This document shows, in pieces, positions 10,192-21,145 of a stretch of 64,000 bases of DNA. The notes below the pieces were generated by a model. It was not told the origin of the DNA, did not search any database, and saw only the letters and a list, made by a program, of their open reading frames with translations. The DNA is from Candidatus Kapaibacterium sp. (GTDB taxonomy: Bacteria; Bacteroidota; Ignavibacteria; Kapaibacteriales; UBA2268), in the NCBI GenBank assembly GCA_963664875.1, contig OY761611.1:1120001-1184000 (forward strand), in the 5' to 3' direction. Each line of letters opens with the position of its first letter. Position 1 is the first letter of the stretch. Both the position numbers and the translations under genes were made by a program.

Positions 10192-13100
10192 ATGGCTGCC
10201 GTAAAAAAAACAAAACTGTTTAAAATCGCTTCCGAAATAAACATTGGTAAGGATGCAATAATTGAATTTTTGCAGTCTAAAGGCTTTGATATTGAAAACA
10301 AGCCTACTGCTACCCTTACGCCTGACATGGTGGATGTGGTACACGATAAATTCAAAAAAGAAATAAAGGCTGCAGAAAAACAAAGAGAAAAATTGCAAAG
10401 ACACAAAGACACACGCAAAACTTCTCAGGATTCCGCTCAGGAAGAAGGCAATGCTCCTTCGCCTGCTAAAGAGTCTATGTCTTCAGGCAGTGCTGTTGTT
10501 TCTGATGTACAAGCTGACTCCGCAAAAGTAAGACCTGCGGATTCGGATGCTAATATCAAACCGGGCATGGTTATCGATTTATCTGCCCACAATAAAAAAC
10601 CAGCTGAGTCAAGAGAAACAGCTAAAAATATTAAACCTCATCCTAAGGAAGAAAGCCAAAATAAAACTGAAAATACTCAATCTAATACTTCTGATTCTGT
10701 AAAAGATATTGCCGCTCCAAATAGAAATGATTCCAATGTTCGTCCGAGAAATGAAGACGACAGACGACCAAGACGTGATAGAGATAATTTCAACAGAGAC
10801 GATAGACAGCCACGTTCAAATGAAAACAGACCTCCTCGCTCTAACGATAACAGACCTCCTCGCGACAGGGACAATAGACCGCCAAGAGATGGCGACAACA
10901 GACCACAAAGAGATGGCGATTACCGTCAAAGACGTGATGATAGAGGTGCCGAAGGTAGAGGTAATGACAACAGACCTCCTCGCTATAACGACAATAGACC
11001 ACCTCGCGACAGAGACAACAGACCGCCGAGAGACGGAGATAACAGACCTCAAAGAGATGGCGATTACCGTCAAAGACGTGATGACAGAGGTGCAGAAGGA
11101 AGAGGCAATGACAACAGACCACCTCGCTATAATGACAACAGACCGCCAAGAGACGGAGATAACAGACCTCAAAGAGATGGCGATTACCGTCAAAGACGCG
11201 ATGACAGAGGTGCCGAAGGTAGAGGTAATGACAACAGACCACCTCGCGATAGAGATTTCAGAGACAACCGTGACAGGTTTACTCCGGGTGAAGGTGGTGC
11301 AAGAGACTTTGGTGGCGACAAAGACGACCGCCCTAGAAAAAAACGCAAAAATATTATAGAAGTGAATCCGGGTGATGCTCCTCAGTTGAAAGGACTTACA
11401 GTTCTTGGGAAAATTGACATCAATCCTGAAGATTCAGACATGGGTAAAGGTGGAAAATCCCGCAAGGTAGTGAAAAAGAAAAAAGTTACTCCTGAAGCAG
11501 GTAAAGAAAAACAACCTAAAGTTGTTAAAAAAGATCCTCCTAAAAAATTGAAAAAAACAGAAATAGAACGTACTATTTCTCAAGAAGATGACAATATTCG
11601 CAAGAAAAAGAAAAAACGTAAAAAATCAGTTAGAGACATGATTAGCCAAGACGATGTGAACAAGGCTATTAAGGAAACTCTATCTGAAATGGATCACTCG
11701 AGCACTGCTGTTTCCCGTGCAAAAAACAAACAGAAACGCAGAATGGAAAGAGAAGAAAAAGAAGCTCGTATCCAGGAAGAATTGGACAAAGAAGCGAATA
11801 TTTTAGAACTTACAGAATTTGTTACTACAAGTGACTTGGCAAATCTCATGGGTATCGGCGTAAGCGAAATCATCATGAAATGTATGCAGCTTGGCTTGAT
11901 GGTAACTATCAATCAAAGATTGGATAAGGACACTATTGTGCTTATCGCTGTTGATTATGGGTTCGATGTTAAGTTCCATGATGAGAAATCATTACAGTTC
12001 ATTGACGAAGAAGATTCAGAAGAAGATGAAGATTTACTACCTCGCTCCCCTATTGTTACTATAATGGGTCACGTGGATCATGGTAAGACATCTCTTCTTG
12101 ACAATATTCGCTCTTCTAATGTAGTTGCCGGCGAAGCAGGTGGTATCACTCAGCACATCGGTGCCTATAAAGTAAGACTTGATGACGGACGCTCAGTTAC
12201 ATTTTTGGATACTCCGGGTCACGAAGCATTTACTGCGATGAGAGCCCGTGGTGCACAAGTAACAGATATCGTAGTCCTTATAGTTGCAGCAGACGACAGC
12301 GTAATGCCTCAAACTATAGAAGCTATTTCTCACGCGAAAGCTGCTGAAGTGCCTATAGTAGTTGCAATTAACAAAATTGACAAACCTGACGCACAACCTG
12401 ACAGAATCCGTCAGCAGTTAGCTGATTACGGCGTGTTGGTCGAAGATTGGGGCGGTAAATATCAGGTAGCTGAAATTTCAGCAAAACATGGTTTAAATAT
12501 ATCTCAGCTTTTAGAAAAAATTCTCTTAGAAGCTGAAATGTTAGAGCTTAAAGCAAATCCGGACAGATTAGCTCGCGGTATTGTCGTCGAAGCTAATATG
12601 GAAAAAGGACTTGGTGCCACTGCTACTATTATCGTACAAAAAGGTACTCTAAGAGTTGGCGATCCGTTTGTTTCAGGTGTATATTCAGGTAGAGTGAGAG
12701 CTTTGCTCGATGAACGCGGTAATAAATTAGAATCTGCCGGCCCTGCTGACCCGGTAATGGTTATCGGCTACGACGGTCTGCCTGAAGCAGGCGATAGCTT
12801 TATCACTACAAACACAGATTCGGAAGCTCGTAGCATCGCTAACGAAAGAAAACAGCTTAAACGCGAACAAGAACTCAGACAAGTACGTCACATGACATTG
12901 GATGAAATCTCCGCTCAAATTTCTGTGGGTGGCATCAAAGATTTGAATCTTGTAATCAAAGGCGACGTATCCGGTTCTATCGAAGCCATAAGCGATTCGT
13001 TATTGAGATTGTCAACCGGCGAAGTAAGGGTAAACATTTTACACAAAGGTGTCGGCTCAGTAACAGAAAACGACGTTATGTTAGCAGCAGCGTCCCGAGC

Positions 13101-13551
13101 AATTATTATCGGATTTAATACTACTCCTACCGGCAAAGCCAGAAGAGTAGCCGAAACAGAATCGGTAGAAATTAGAAACTACAGCATCATTTATGATTGT
13201 ATCAATGAAGTACACCTTGCACTCGAGGGTCTTTTGACTCCGGATGTCCACGAGGAAATAGTAGCTGAAGTAGAAGTACGTCAGACATTTAAAATTTCCA
13301 AAGTTGGTGTCATTGCAGGTTGCTATGTGCAGAGTGGTAAAATTCGCAGAAACGACAGAGTCCGTGTCATGCGTGACGGCTTTGAAGTATTCCGCGGCAC
13401 TATCCACTCGCTTAAGAGAGAGAAAGATGATGTTAGAGAAGTAGATCAAAAGTACGAATGCGGTATTCAGCTCAATGGATTTAACGACATCCACGAAGGT
13501 GATATAATAGAAGCATTCAAAGAAGTTGAAGTAAAACGTACTCTAGCATAA
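10192..13551 (+). CDS. infB: Translation initiation factor IF-2
   Basis: GHVDHGKT, GGITQHIGAY, DTPGHEAF, NKID, C-terminal ECGI; long low-complexity N-terminal region. Confidence 0.98.
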   Translation: MAAVKKTKLFKIASEINIGKDAIIEFLQSKGFDIENKPTATLTPDMVDVVHDKFKKEIKAAEKQREKLQRHKDTRKTSQDSAQEEGNAPSPAKESMSSGSAVVSDVQADSAKVRPADSDANIKPGMVIDLSAHNKKPAESRETAKNIKPHPKEESQNKTENTQSNTSDSVKDIAAPNRNDSNVRPRNEDDRRPRRDRDNFNRDDRQPRSNENRPPRSNDNRPPRDRDNRPPRDGDNRPQRDGDYRQRRDDRGAEGRGNDNRPPRYNDNRPPRDRDNRPPRDGDNRPQRDGDYRQRRDDRGAEGRGNDNRPPRYNDNRPPRDGDNRPQRDGDYRQRRDDRGAEGRGNDNRPPRDRDFRDNRDRFTPGEGGARDFGGDKDDRPRKKRKNIIEVNPGDAPQLKGLTVLGKIDINPEDSDMGKGGKSRKVVKKKKVTPEAGKEKQPKVVKKDPPKKLKKTEIERTISQEDDNIRKKKKKRKKSVRDMISQDDVNKAIKETLSEMDHSSTAVSRAKNKQKRRMEREEKEARIQEELDKEANILELTEFVTTSDLANLMGIGVSEIIMKCMQLGLMVTINQRLDKDTIVLIAVDYGFDVKFHDEKSLQFIDEEDSEEDEDLLPRSPIVTIMGHVDHGKTSLLDNIRSSNVVAGEAGGITQHIGAYKVRLDDGRSVTFLDTPGHEAFTAMRARGAQVTDIVVLIVAADDSVMPQTIEAISHAKAAEVPIVVAINKIDKPDAQPDRIRQQLADYGVLVEDWGGKYQVAEISAKHGLNISQLLEKILLEAEMLELKANPDRLARGIVVEANMEKGLGATATIIVQKGTLRVGDPFVSGVYSGRVRALLDERGNKLESAGPADPVMVIGYDGLPEAGDSFITTNTDSEARSIANERKQLKREQELRQVRHMTLDEISAQISVGGIKDLNLVIKGDVSGSIEAISDSLLRLSTGEVRVNILHKGVGSVTENDVMLAAASRAIIIGFNTTPTGKARRVAETESVEIRNYSIIYDCINEVHLALEGLLTPDVHEEIVAEVEVRQTFKISKVGVIAGCYVQSGKIRRNDRVRVMRDGFEVFRGTIHSLKREKDDVREVDQKYECGIQLNGFNDIHEGDIIEAFKEVEVKRTLA
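10825..11256 (+). repeat. Nested in-frame tandem repeat within infB (24-bp units in 144/144/120-bp blocks)
   Basis: agatggcgattaccgtcaaagacg recurs at 10911, 11055 and 11175; encodes NRPPRxxD-type octapeptides. Confidence 0.9.
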
Positions 13552-13553
13552 TT

Positions 13554-13937
13554 ATGGCAAACAGAGCAGAAAAAGTAGCAAATGAAGTTAAAAAAGTGCT
13601 GTCCGGAGAAGTATCCCGGATAGCACTTGATAATGGTTTTGGCATGGCAACTCTTACAGCAGTTCGTATGTCAAAAGACCTTCAGGTTGCAAAAATATAT
13701 ATCAGCAGTTTCGGTTCCAACAAAGGTCCGGGCGAGCTTATTGATTTATTTAATAATCACATCGGCGAGCTTAGGTATCTTGTTGGCAAACAGTTGAGAT
13801 TGCGGTTTACCCCTGAATTGAGACTATTCTTTGATGATACACTTGATCAGATTGAGCACATTCAGGAACTATTAGACAAAGCCGATGTCAAAGGCTTAGA
13901 AAATAAAGATTATAATATCCCGGAAGATGAAGAATAG
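13554..13937 (+). CDS. rbfA: Ribosome-binding factor A
   Basis: VRMSKDLQVAKIY, LRLRFTPELRLFFD; directly after infB. Confidence 0.93.
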   Translation: MANRAEKVANEVKKVLSGEVSRIALDNGFGMATLTAVRMSKDLQVAKIYISSFGSNKGPGELIDLFNNHIGELRYLVGKQLRLRFTPELRLFFDDTLDQIEHIQELLDKADVKGLENKDYNIPEDEE

Positions 13938-13942
13938 AACCA

Positions 13943-14674
13943 ATGATACTTACCAAGGATAATGTTTCCCAATTCCCCGCATGGAAAAAATCTATAAGCG
14001 AGACAGGTGCTGTGTTGCTTATCAATAAAGATTTGGATTGGACATCATTTGATGTCGTAGCCAAAGTCAGGAATATGACTAAAGCTAAAAAAGTAGGTCA
14101 TGCCGGCACTTTAGACCCGTTGGCAACCGGTTTGCTAATCCTTTGTCTTGGGAAAGCTACTAAAACTATAGAACAGTATCAGGGTATGCCTAAAACATAT
14201 TCGGGTACTATCAAATTAGGGGCTACTACTAAAACTGACGATTCTGAGGCTGAAGAAGAAAACATCTGCGATGCTTCAAATGTCAGCTTAGAGACTGTAG
14301 TAGAAACAGCAAATAAGCTTTCAGGACAATTAGCTCAGATCCCCCCTATGTTTTCTGCCAAAAAAGTAAAAGGTCAAAAGCTATACGAATTGGCAAGAAA
14401 AGACAAAACTGTTGAATTAACGCCTTCGCAGATAGAGGTTTACAAGTTTGATATTGTAAAATTTGAAAACCCGTTTATTACTTTTAGGATTGAATGTTCT
14501 AAAGGTACATATATTAGAGCATTGGCAAGAGATATGGGTCAGATGATAGGTACCGGTGCTTATCTTGCCTCTTTGCACAGAGATGCAATCGGAGAATTGC
14601 ACTCAGACAAGGCTCTTACTGTAAGAGAATTTCAGGAATTAGCAACAAGCATCGAACATAATGAAAGTCTATAA
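13943..14674 (+). CDS. truB: tRNA pseudouridine(55) synthase
   Basis: KVGHAGTLDPLATG, QIPPMFSAKK, CSKGTYIRALARD. Confidence 0.96.
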   Translation: MILTKDNVSQFPAWKKSISETGAVLLINKDLDWTSFDVVAKVRNMTKAKKVGHAGTLDPLATGLLILCLGKATKTIEQYQGMPKTYSGTIKLGATTKTDDSEAEEENICDASNVSLETVVETANKLSGQLAQIPPMFSAKKVKGQKLYELARKDKTVELTPSQIEVYKFDIVKFENPFITFRIECSKGTYIRALARDMGQMIGTGAYLASLHRDAIGELHSDKALTVREFQELATSIEHNESL

Positions 14675-15611
14675 CTCATTTGACGATATAAAATTCGAGA
14701 AAAATACCATCTTGACTGTTGGGACATTTGACGGTGTACACAAAGGTCATCAGCAGATAATAGGAAGACTTCTCGAGATAGCAAAACAGGAAAATCTGAG
14801 ACCTGTGATAGTAACAATTCATCCTCATCCGCAGGTAGTTTTGAGAAAATCAGGAACAGATGCCTTACATTTGCTTACGTCCATTGAGGAAAGGCTCACT
14901 TTATTTGAGAATTATGGCATCGACCATACGCTTGTTATTCCATTTTCTTACGAATTTTCTCTGACATCGCCGGAAGATTTTGTCAAACAGTATTTGATTA
15001 ACAAAATTGGTATGAAAAAAATACTGATTGGTTATGATCATCTTTTTGGCAAAAATCGTGAAGGAAGTCAGGAATTGTTGCAAAAACTATCAAAAGAGTA
15101 TGATTTTGAAGTAGAGCGTTTAGATGCACGGAAAGACAATGACTTAATCATTTCGAGTACAGCTATCAGACAACACCTCCAAAATCACAGAATCAAAGAA
15201 GCAGCCGCTTTGCTTGGATACAGTTATCACCTCAGAGGCAAAGTAGTGGTAGGCGACCGCCGTGGCAACACCATTGGCTACCCTACTGCAAACGTACGCC
15301 CCAATGAGCCAAACAAACTGATGCCGGCAAACGGAGTCTATTTAGTTCATGCCAAGATTAAAAATGAAATAGTTTTTGGGATGGCAAATATAGGCACAAG
15401 ACCCACTTTCACTGATGACATACTGCCAACACTGGAAGTTAATTTCTTTGATTTTGATGACGACATTTATGGTAAATATATTACTGTAAACTTTTTGGAG
15501 TTTTTGAGAAAAGAAGTTAAATTTGATTCTTTGCAAGCTCTTCTAAATCAATTAGAAGAGGACAAAAAAAATTGTCAACAAATAATCAAAAAACTTTACA
15601 AATACAAATAA
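14661..15611 (+). CDS. ribF: Riboflavin kinase/FAD synthetase
   Basis: GTFDGVHKGH, ISSTAIR, GYPTAN, NIGTRPT. Confidence 0.96.
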   Translation: MKVYNSFDDIKFEKNTILTVGTFDGVHKGHQQIIGRLLEIAKQENLRPVIVTIHPHPQVVLRKSGTDALHLLTSIEERLTLFENYGIDHTLVIPFSYEFSLTSPEDFVKQYLINKIGMKKILIGYDHLFGKNREGSQELLQKLSKEYDFEVERLDARKDNDLIISSTAIRQHLQNHRIKEAAALLGYSYHLRGKVVVGDRRGNTIGYPTANVRPNEPNKLMPANGVYLVHAKIKNEIVFGMANIGTRPTFTDDILPTLEVNFFDFDDDIYGKYITVNFLEFLRKEVKFDSLQALLNQLEEDKKNCQQIIKKLYKYK

Positions 15612-15674
15612 TTTACGTATATTTGTGTTTTATTGGAAAATAGTAGAGCAATAAATTTAATCGGAGCAAGATTA

Positions 15675-15941
15675 ATGATTTCTAAAGAGCAAAAAGCTGA
15701 GATTATCGCAAAGTTTGGCAACAATGCTAGTGATTCAGGAAAACCTGAAGTACAAGTTGCTTTATTGACTGCTCGTATCAATGATTTAACCGGTCATGCA
15801 ACAGAACATAAACACGATAATCATAGCCGTCGCGGTCTTATCAAATTAGTAAGTAAAAGAAAAAAACTATTAAGCTACTTGATGAAAACCGACATCCAAC
15901 GCTACCGTGCATGTATCGCTGCACTTTCGTTGCGTAAATAA
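15675..15941 (+). CDS. rpsO: 30S ribosomal protein S15
   Basis: [25 protein letters not shown]; ATG at 15675 after GGAG. Confidence 0.97.
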   Translation: MISKEQKAEIIAKFGNNASDSGKPEVQVALLTARINDLTGHATEHKHDNHSRRGLIKLVSKRKKLLSYLMKTDIQRYRACIAALSLRK

Positions 15942-15951
15942 AAATATTTAT

Positions 15952-15982
15952 AAAAACGGCGTGTCAAACGCCGTTTTTTTTA
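15952..15982 (+). terminator. Intrinsic terminator after rpsO
   Basis: aaaaacggcg...cgccgttttttt. Confidence 0.8.
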
Positions 15983-16032
15983 TTATTTTACCAACCTTAC
16001 AAGAACATTTCTAAATTTTTTTTGAGATATCT

Positions 16033-18285
16033 ATGTCTATGCAAAAAGTATCAATAAACTTTGAAGGCAAAGAGTATTCTTTGGAAACCGGAAGGTTTGC
16101 CAAGTTTGCTAATGGTGCCGTAATGGTTCGTTGCGGCGATACTATGGTTTTAGTAACTGCAACTGCTTCATCTAAAGAGATGGAAGGAATCGATTTTTTA
16201 CCACTTCAGTGCGAATATAAAGAAAAGACTGCTTCTGCAGGCAAAATCCCAGGTGGATTTATGAAAAGAGAAGGTCGCCCTTCTGATTCCGAAATTCTTA
16301 CTGCTCGTCTTATGGACAGACCTATTCGCCCTATGATTTCTAAAGCTTGGCATTACGAAACTCAAGTGATTGCTACTGTTTATTCTTACGATCCTGAAGT
16401 GAAACCTGACACTTTAGCAGGTGTGGGAGCTTCAGCTGCATTGCTTATCTCCGAGATTCCTTTTTTGGAACCTGTTTCTCAGGTGAGAATTGCCAAAGTT
16501 GAAGGCCAGCTTATAGCTAATCCTTCTAGTAGCCAGCTTGAAGTTTCTTCTATCGATATGTCTGTGTCAGGTACTGACAGTGCCATTACTATGGTAGAAG
16601 GCGAATCATCTGAAATCAGTGAAGAAGAATTTTTAGAAGCTCTTGACTTTGCTCATGCAAAAATCAAAGAATTAAATTCTTTGCAAACTGAACTTTATAA
16701 TCTGATCAATCCGACTAAACGACCAATCGTAGAAAAAGAATATAATGAAGAATTGCTCGCTTTTGTCAAAGAGCAATCTACAGATAAACTAAAAGAATAC
16801 ATCTATTCTAACTCCACTAAAGCTGAAAGAAGCGAAAGCAGAAAGCTTATCCATGATAATTTGATGGAAGCTGTTGCTGAAAAATATGTGGATGTTGAAG
16901 ATGCTGATATCGCAGCTATATCTAAAGATGCCGGCGAAATTTTGAATAAAGTCGAAAAAAGTATCATGAGAAATATGATTCTCGACGATAATAAACGTCT
17001 CGACGGTAGAACAACTAAAGATATAAGACCTATCAACTGCGAAGTTGGATTATTGCCAAGAACTCATGGCTCTGCCCTATTTACTCGCGGTGAAACTCAA
17101 TCATTGACTACTATCACTCTCGGTACTACAAGAGATGAGCAAATGATTGATGGTTTGAATCCAATGTTTACTGAAAGATTTATGCTACATTATAACTTCC
17201 CTCCTTTCAGCGTTGGCGAAACCGGAAGATTAATGGTAGGACGTAGAGAAATCGGTCATGGTCACCTTGCTTGGCGTGCTTTGAAAGCAATGCTTCCTGC
17301 ACAGGAAGAATTCCCATACACATTGCGAGTAGTTTCAGATATCTTAGAATCTAATGGTTCTTCGTCTATGGCTACTGTATGTGCTGGCTCTCTTTCTATG
17401 TTTGATGCCGGTGTCCCAATGAAAAAACCTGTAGCCGGTATCGCTATGGGACTCATCAAAGAAGATGATCGAGTTGCCGTTCTTAGTGATATTTTGGGTG
17501 ACGAAGACTTCCTCGGCGATATGGATTTCAAACTTGCCGGTACAGAAGACGGAATCACTGCATTCCAAATGGATATCAAAGTTGACGGATTAAGTGTAGA
17601 AATTATGAAACAAGCATTGGAGCAAGCTAAACAAGGCCGCTTACATATACTTGGTATCATGAATCAATCAATCGACACTCCAAGAGAAGATATTTCTCAG
17701 TTTGCACCTCGATTCTCATCAATCAAAATCCCTCAGGATATGATTGGTGCTATTATCGGACCTGGTGGCGAAACTATCCGTGCTATTACTAAAGAAACTG
17801 AAACAGAAATCAACATTGAAGATGATGGTACTGTACTAATTTCTGCTGTAAACGGTGCAAATGCAGAAGCTGCTATCAAATGGATCAGACAGCTTACGCA
17901 AAAGCCTGAAGTTGGGCAGGTTTACTCAGGTAAAATTGTAGAAATCAGAGAAGGCTTAGGTGCTTTTGTTGAAATATTACCTAAAGTGCAGGCTCTTCTA
18001 CATATCTCTCAAATCGATCACGAAAGAGTTGATAACGTTGCTGATTTCCTTAAAGTTGGTGAAAAAGTTGACGTTAAGCTGATGGAAATCACACCTGACG
18101 GCAAAATGAGATTGAGCCGCAAAGCACTAATGCCAATTCCTGAGCATATAAAAGAAGAAATGGAAAAACGCAAAGCTAACGGCGGTGGCGACAGAGAAAG
18201 AAGTGGCAATCGTGACAATCGCGATAGTCGCGGTGGCGATAGAGACAGAAACAACAGAGGTCCAAGAAGACCACAAAACAGATAA
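16033..18285 (+). CDS. pnp: Polyribonucleotide nucleotidyltransferase
   Basis: GKIPGGFMKREGRP, FTRGETQ, ESNGSSSMA, LGDMDFK, KH and S1 domains. Confidence 0.98.
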   Translation: MSMQKVSINFEGKEYSLETGRFAKFANGAVMVRCGDTMVLVTATASSKEMEGIDFLPLQCEYKEKTASAGKIPGGFMKREGRPSDSEILTARLMDRPIRPMISKAWHYETQVIATVYSYDPEVKPDTLAGVGASAALLISEIPFLEPVSQVRIAKVEGQLIANPSSSQLEVSSIDMSVSGTDSAITMVEGESSEISEEEFLEALDFAHAKIKELNSLQTELYNLINPTKRPIVEKEYNEELLAFVKEQSTDKLKEYIYSNSTKAERSESRKLIHDNLMEAVAEKYVDVEDADIAAISKDAGEILNKVEKSIMRNMILDDNKRLDGRTTKDIRPINCEVGLLPRTHGSALFTRGETQSLTTITLGTTRDEQMIDGLNPMFTERFMLHYNFPPFSVGETGRLMVGRREIGHGHLAWRALKAMLPAQEEFPYTLRVVSDILESNGSSSMATVCAGSLSMFDAGVPMKKPVAGIAMGLIKEDDRVAVLSDILGDEDFLGDMDFKLAGTEDGITAFQMDIKVDGLSVEIMKQALEQAKQGRLHILGIMNQSIDTPREDISQFAPRFSSIKIPQDMIGAIIGPGGETIRAITKETETEINIEDDGTVLISAVNGANAEAAIKWIRQLTQKPEVGQVYSGKIVEIREGLGAFVEILPKVQALLHISQIDHERVDNVADFLKVGEKVDVKLMEITPDGKMRLSRKALMPIPEHIKEEMEKRKANGGGDRERSGNRDNRDSRGGDRDRNNRGPRRPQNR

Positions 18286-18310
18286 TATTGAAAAGTTATC
18301 AGATAAATTC

Positions 18311-18346
18311 AAAGACTCTTTTTTTTAAAAAGAGTCTTTTTTTTTT
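18311..18346 (+). terminator. Intrinsic terminator after pnp
   Basis: aaagactctttt...aaaagagtcttt plus long T run. Confidence 0.75.
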
Positions 18347-18410
18347 GTAACCTTTTTTCATAACGATGTGTTTACAAATAAATCACCATTTATGTAACAT
18401 GAGATCAGTT

Positions 18411-19910
18411 ATGAAATTATTATCAATTTTAACAGCTGTTTTAGTTTTATCCTTAGCTCCTACTATGTCTTTTGATACTAAAACAAACACAAAATCCAAT
18501 ATCCATTATTACAATTCTAGTTATGGAATCAATGGATATGACATTGTAGCTCGAAAACACGGAGTTTTCTGGCCAAAGTCCTCAAATGATATTTATCAAT
18601 TGGGAGCCGGTATAGTCTTTGGTGCCAAGATTTTAGACAATACGAACACACTCAAAACTGTGATGACTGGTTATCAAACTCAAAACGGTACCATCACCTA
18701 TGTACCTGGCTCAAATGTAATTGACCCAACTGAAAATGTAATCGAAAACCCAAAAGAAATCTATCCTCTATATCTATCTACAGAGTATGATTCGAAAGGT
18801 ATATCTTCAAATCCATCAGCTCCAAAATGGCCTTTGTGGAAAACAGAGAATGATTACTTTGGTAAATACGTAGCTGACCAAAAAGAAAGAGAATTTTCTA
18901 ACTATCCAAACGGACCTTTATATTTTGCAGCAGAAACTATGGTAACTGTATATAAGGATACTGATTTAAGATACTATGGTTCCTACTTAGGAAAAACCTA
19001 TTCGTCGCTTAATCTACAAGTTGAAGAAAAAACTATTTTTTGGGACGAAGAGCCACTTAATGATGTAGTATTGGTAATATACACAATTACCAATATGAGT
19101 CAATCAGATTACAAAGATGCCTCTTTCGCTAAACTTATCGATTTTGATGTCAAAAACAAAGATGATTTTAAAGATATGATTTTAGCTCATAGTGACGAGA
19201 GTAAGAGAATGGTTTACTGCTGGTCTGGACTGGAAGACGGGCCTAAAGGGTATATGGCAATTTCCCTGATAATTAGTCCTGAAGTAAACTCAAATGGTTA
19301 CCCAATTGAACATAATAATTATAAAAATTACGCACAAGGTCTCGATTTAGCAACTACACATAATTACCACATAGAAGAAGATACTACCGATTACATTACA
19401 TATGAGCGCCTCACATCAAAAACTAGTATCGGTGAGGCTAACCATTACGATCAAAGAGTATTGCTCGCTTCTGAAACTTTCAATCTTGCGCCCGGACAAA
19501 GTGTCTCCTTTGGAGTAGCTCAGATTTTCGGTAATGCAATCAAAGATGGAGAACAAGTACATCCAAGTGGTGACGAATCAGAACTAACTGACATCGAAGG
19601 AAAATGGGTTGCACTTTATGATAAGATTTATTCTGAAGGGCTTCAAAGCGATGGGACAGCTATTGAGCAAGAAAACTATCATTCAAACTCTGCAATATTT
19701 CCAAATCCAACTACCGGTCATGTAACTTTCTCAGAAAGTTTGGGAGTTGTTGATAAAATTGAGGTATTTAATAGCTTAGGAGAACTCGTAATGAGCAAAA
19801 TCAACAATGACAACACTCTTAATCTTACAAATCTATCAAACGGCATATATATGATTCGAGTCCAATCTGCTAATCATTCGGAGATTCATAAGGTCATTCT
19901 TAATAAATAA
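18411..19910 (+). CDS. Secreted protein with T9SS type A C-terminal sorting domain
   Basis: Signal peptide MKLLSILTAVLVLSLA; C-terminus IFPNPT...FNSLGE...LSNGIYMIRV...HKVILNK. Confidence 0.8.
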   Translation: MKLLSILTAVLVLSLAPTMSFDTKTNTKSNIHYYNSSYGINGYDIVARKHGVFWPKSSNDIYQLGAGIVFGAKILDNTNTLKTVMTGYQTQNGTITYVPGSNVIDPTENVIENPKEIYPLYLSTEYDSKGISSNPSAPKWPLWKTENDYFGKYVADQKEREFSNYPNGPLYFAAETMVTVYKDTDLRYYGSYLGKTYSSLNLQVEEKTIFWDEEPLNDVVLVIYTITNMSQSDYKDASFAKLIDFDVKNKDDFKDMILAHSDESKRMVYCWSGLEDGPKGYMAISLIISPEVNSNGYPIEHNNYKNYAQGLDLATTHNYHIEEDTTDYITYERLTSKTSIGEANHYDQRVLLASETFNLAPGQSVSFGVAQIFGNAIKDGEQVHPSGDESELTDIEGKWVALYDKIYSEGLQSDGTAIEQENYHSNSAIFPNPTTGHVTFSESLGVVDKIEVFNSLGELVMSKINNDNTLNLTNLSNGIYMIRVQSANHSEIHKVILNK

Positions 19911-19928
19911 CATTTTACATCCGACTTT

Positions 19929-19961
19929 AAGGCAGGTTTTTGCAAAAAAAAATCTGCCTTT
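19929..19961. terminator. Bidirectional terminator between convergent T9SS cargo genes
   Basis: aaggcaggttttt...aaaaatctgcctt. Confidence 0.65.
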
Positions 19962-19963
19962 CT

Positions 19964-21145
19964 TTACTTTACAATCAAAACCTTCGTGGAATCTCTGAAT
20001 TTTTCCGAATCTATAATTACATTATAAAAACCATTTGGCAAATCATCTGAATTGATTTTTGTTCGATGCAGTCCGGCAAAAACAAACTCGTTGAGCAAAT
20101 TATAAACTATATTCCCGTCGGTATCAACCATATAGATGTCAACGTAGCAGCTTTCCGGCAAAGTATATTCAGCTAAATACTGATTTTTATCCTGAAAAAT
20201 ATGCAAGTTAATACTTGATTTCAAAATTTCTTTTGTACTCGAGGATATCCTCGGATAATAGTAAAGATGAGGTACTACCTTGAAAGGCCCCATTTCGCTT
20301 ATAGTATAATAGCCATCCCCTTCTCTGTCCCAACAAATAGCCTCTCCTTGGGGTTCCATAACATAGGGCAGCGTAAGAGGCTGCTTTGCAAAGGCTTGTG
20401 CATAAGTCTCATTCTTGTCCTTTTTATAATAAAAAACTTCGATGTATGACTTTATCAGAATTTCAGATCCATCCGGAGAAATATCTCCACCTACAATCTG
20501 ATCTAACATATTATTTTTGTCTCCCATCGGCAATGTAGCAATCTTTGTAGCAGTGTTTTCTTTTTGATAGCTCTGAGGGTACTTTAAAGTATATACAGCT
20601 ACATTTTCTTCTCTTTTCGTTACTAAGTACAAATCATTAGTAAAAGGGTCTATAAGCAAAGTCTCGCAGTCTCTCGCACCATCTTCATATTGATATTCGA
20701 TTACATCAATATCTTCAGGATCCGGTGTGATTTTGTCATGGTCCTGCGAAGCATTTACGTAAGGCTCTTCAATACGGTATATTTTTCTTGTGTCGTGCTT
20801 TGCGTCATTGTCGCCTATATCTCCTATAAATAAGTAATATTTCCCGTCCGCAGGAGATTTGGCTATTGCAATATCTTCCCAATCTTTTGATTTTTTAATA
20901 TCGAGCTCTACAGACGCAAGCAAATCACCATCGATATTTATAGCATAGACCGTTTTTATTTCGCCATCGTCATTGTGTACCCAAAAAACATCAGGATATT
21001 GCATCGACGGCACAATACCTGAAATTTCGTCTAACTTGTTAGTTTTAATTGTACATTTGTCAATTCGATCGCTAAATTTTGGAGCTGCATATAGGATTGA
21101 ACAGCAGAAAGCAAAAACTATTACAAAAAAAGTAAATCTAAACAT
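19964..21145 (-). CDS. Secreted beta-propeller-like protein with T9SS-type C-terminal domain
   Basis: Signal peptide; EISG, WVHND, DWEDIA, GDIGDN, DCETL, QGEAI motifs; C-terminus LPNGFYNV...TKVLIVK. Confidence 0.7.
   Translation of the reverse strand: MFRFTFFVIVFAFCCSILYAAPKFSDRIDKCTIKTNKLDEISGIVPSMQYPDVFWVHNDDGEIKTVYAINIDGDLLASVELDIKKSKDWEDIAIAKSPADGKYYLFIGDIGDNDAKHDTRKIYRIEEPYVNASQDHDKITPDPEDIDVIEYQYEDGARDCETLLIDPFTNDLYLVTKREENVAVYTLKYPQSYQKENTATKIATLPMGDKNNMLDQIVGGDISPDGSEILIKSYIEVFYYKKDKNETYAQAFAKQPLTLPYVMEPQGEAICWDREGDGYYTISEMGPFKVVPHLYYYPRISSSTKEILKSSINLHIFQDKNQYLAEYTLPESCYVDIYMVDTDGNIVYNLLNEFVFAGLHRTKINSDDLPNGFYNVIIDSEKFRDSTKVLIVK

Noticed and set aside
10825-11256. infB repeats as a CRISPR array
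   Set aside because: In-frame coding repeats without unique spacers and no cas genes
10677-11359. Alternative-frame and antisense ORFs over the infB repeat
   Set aside because: By-products of a stop-poor tandem repeat inside a clear IF2 gene
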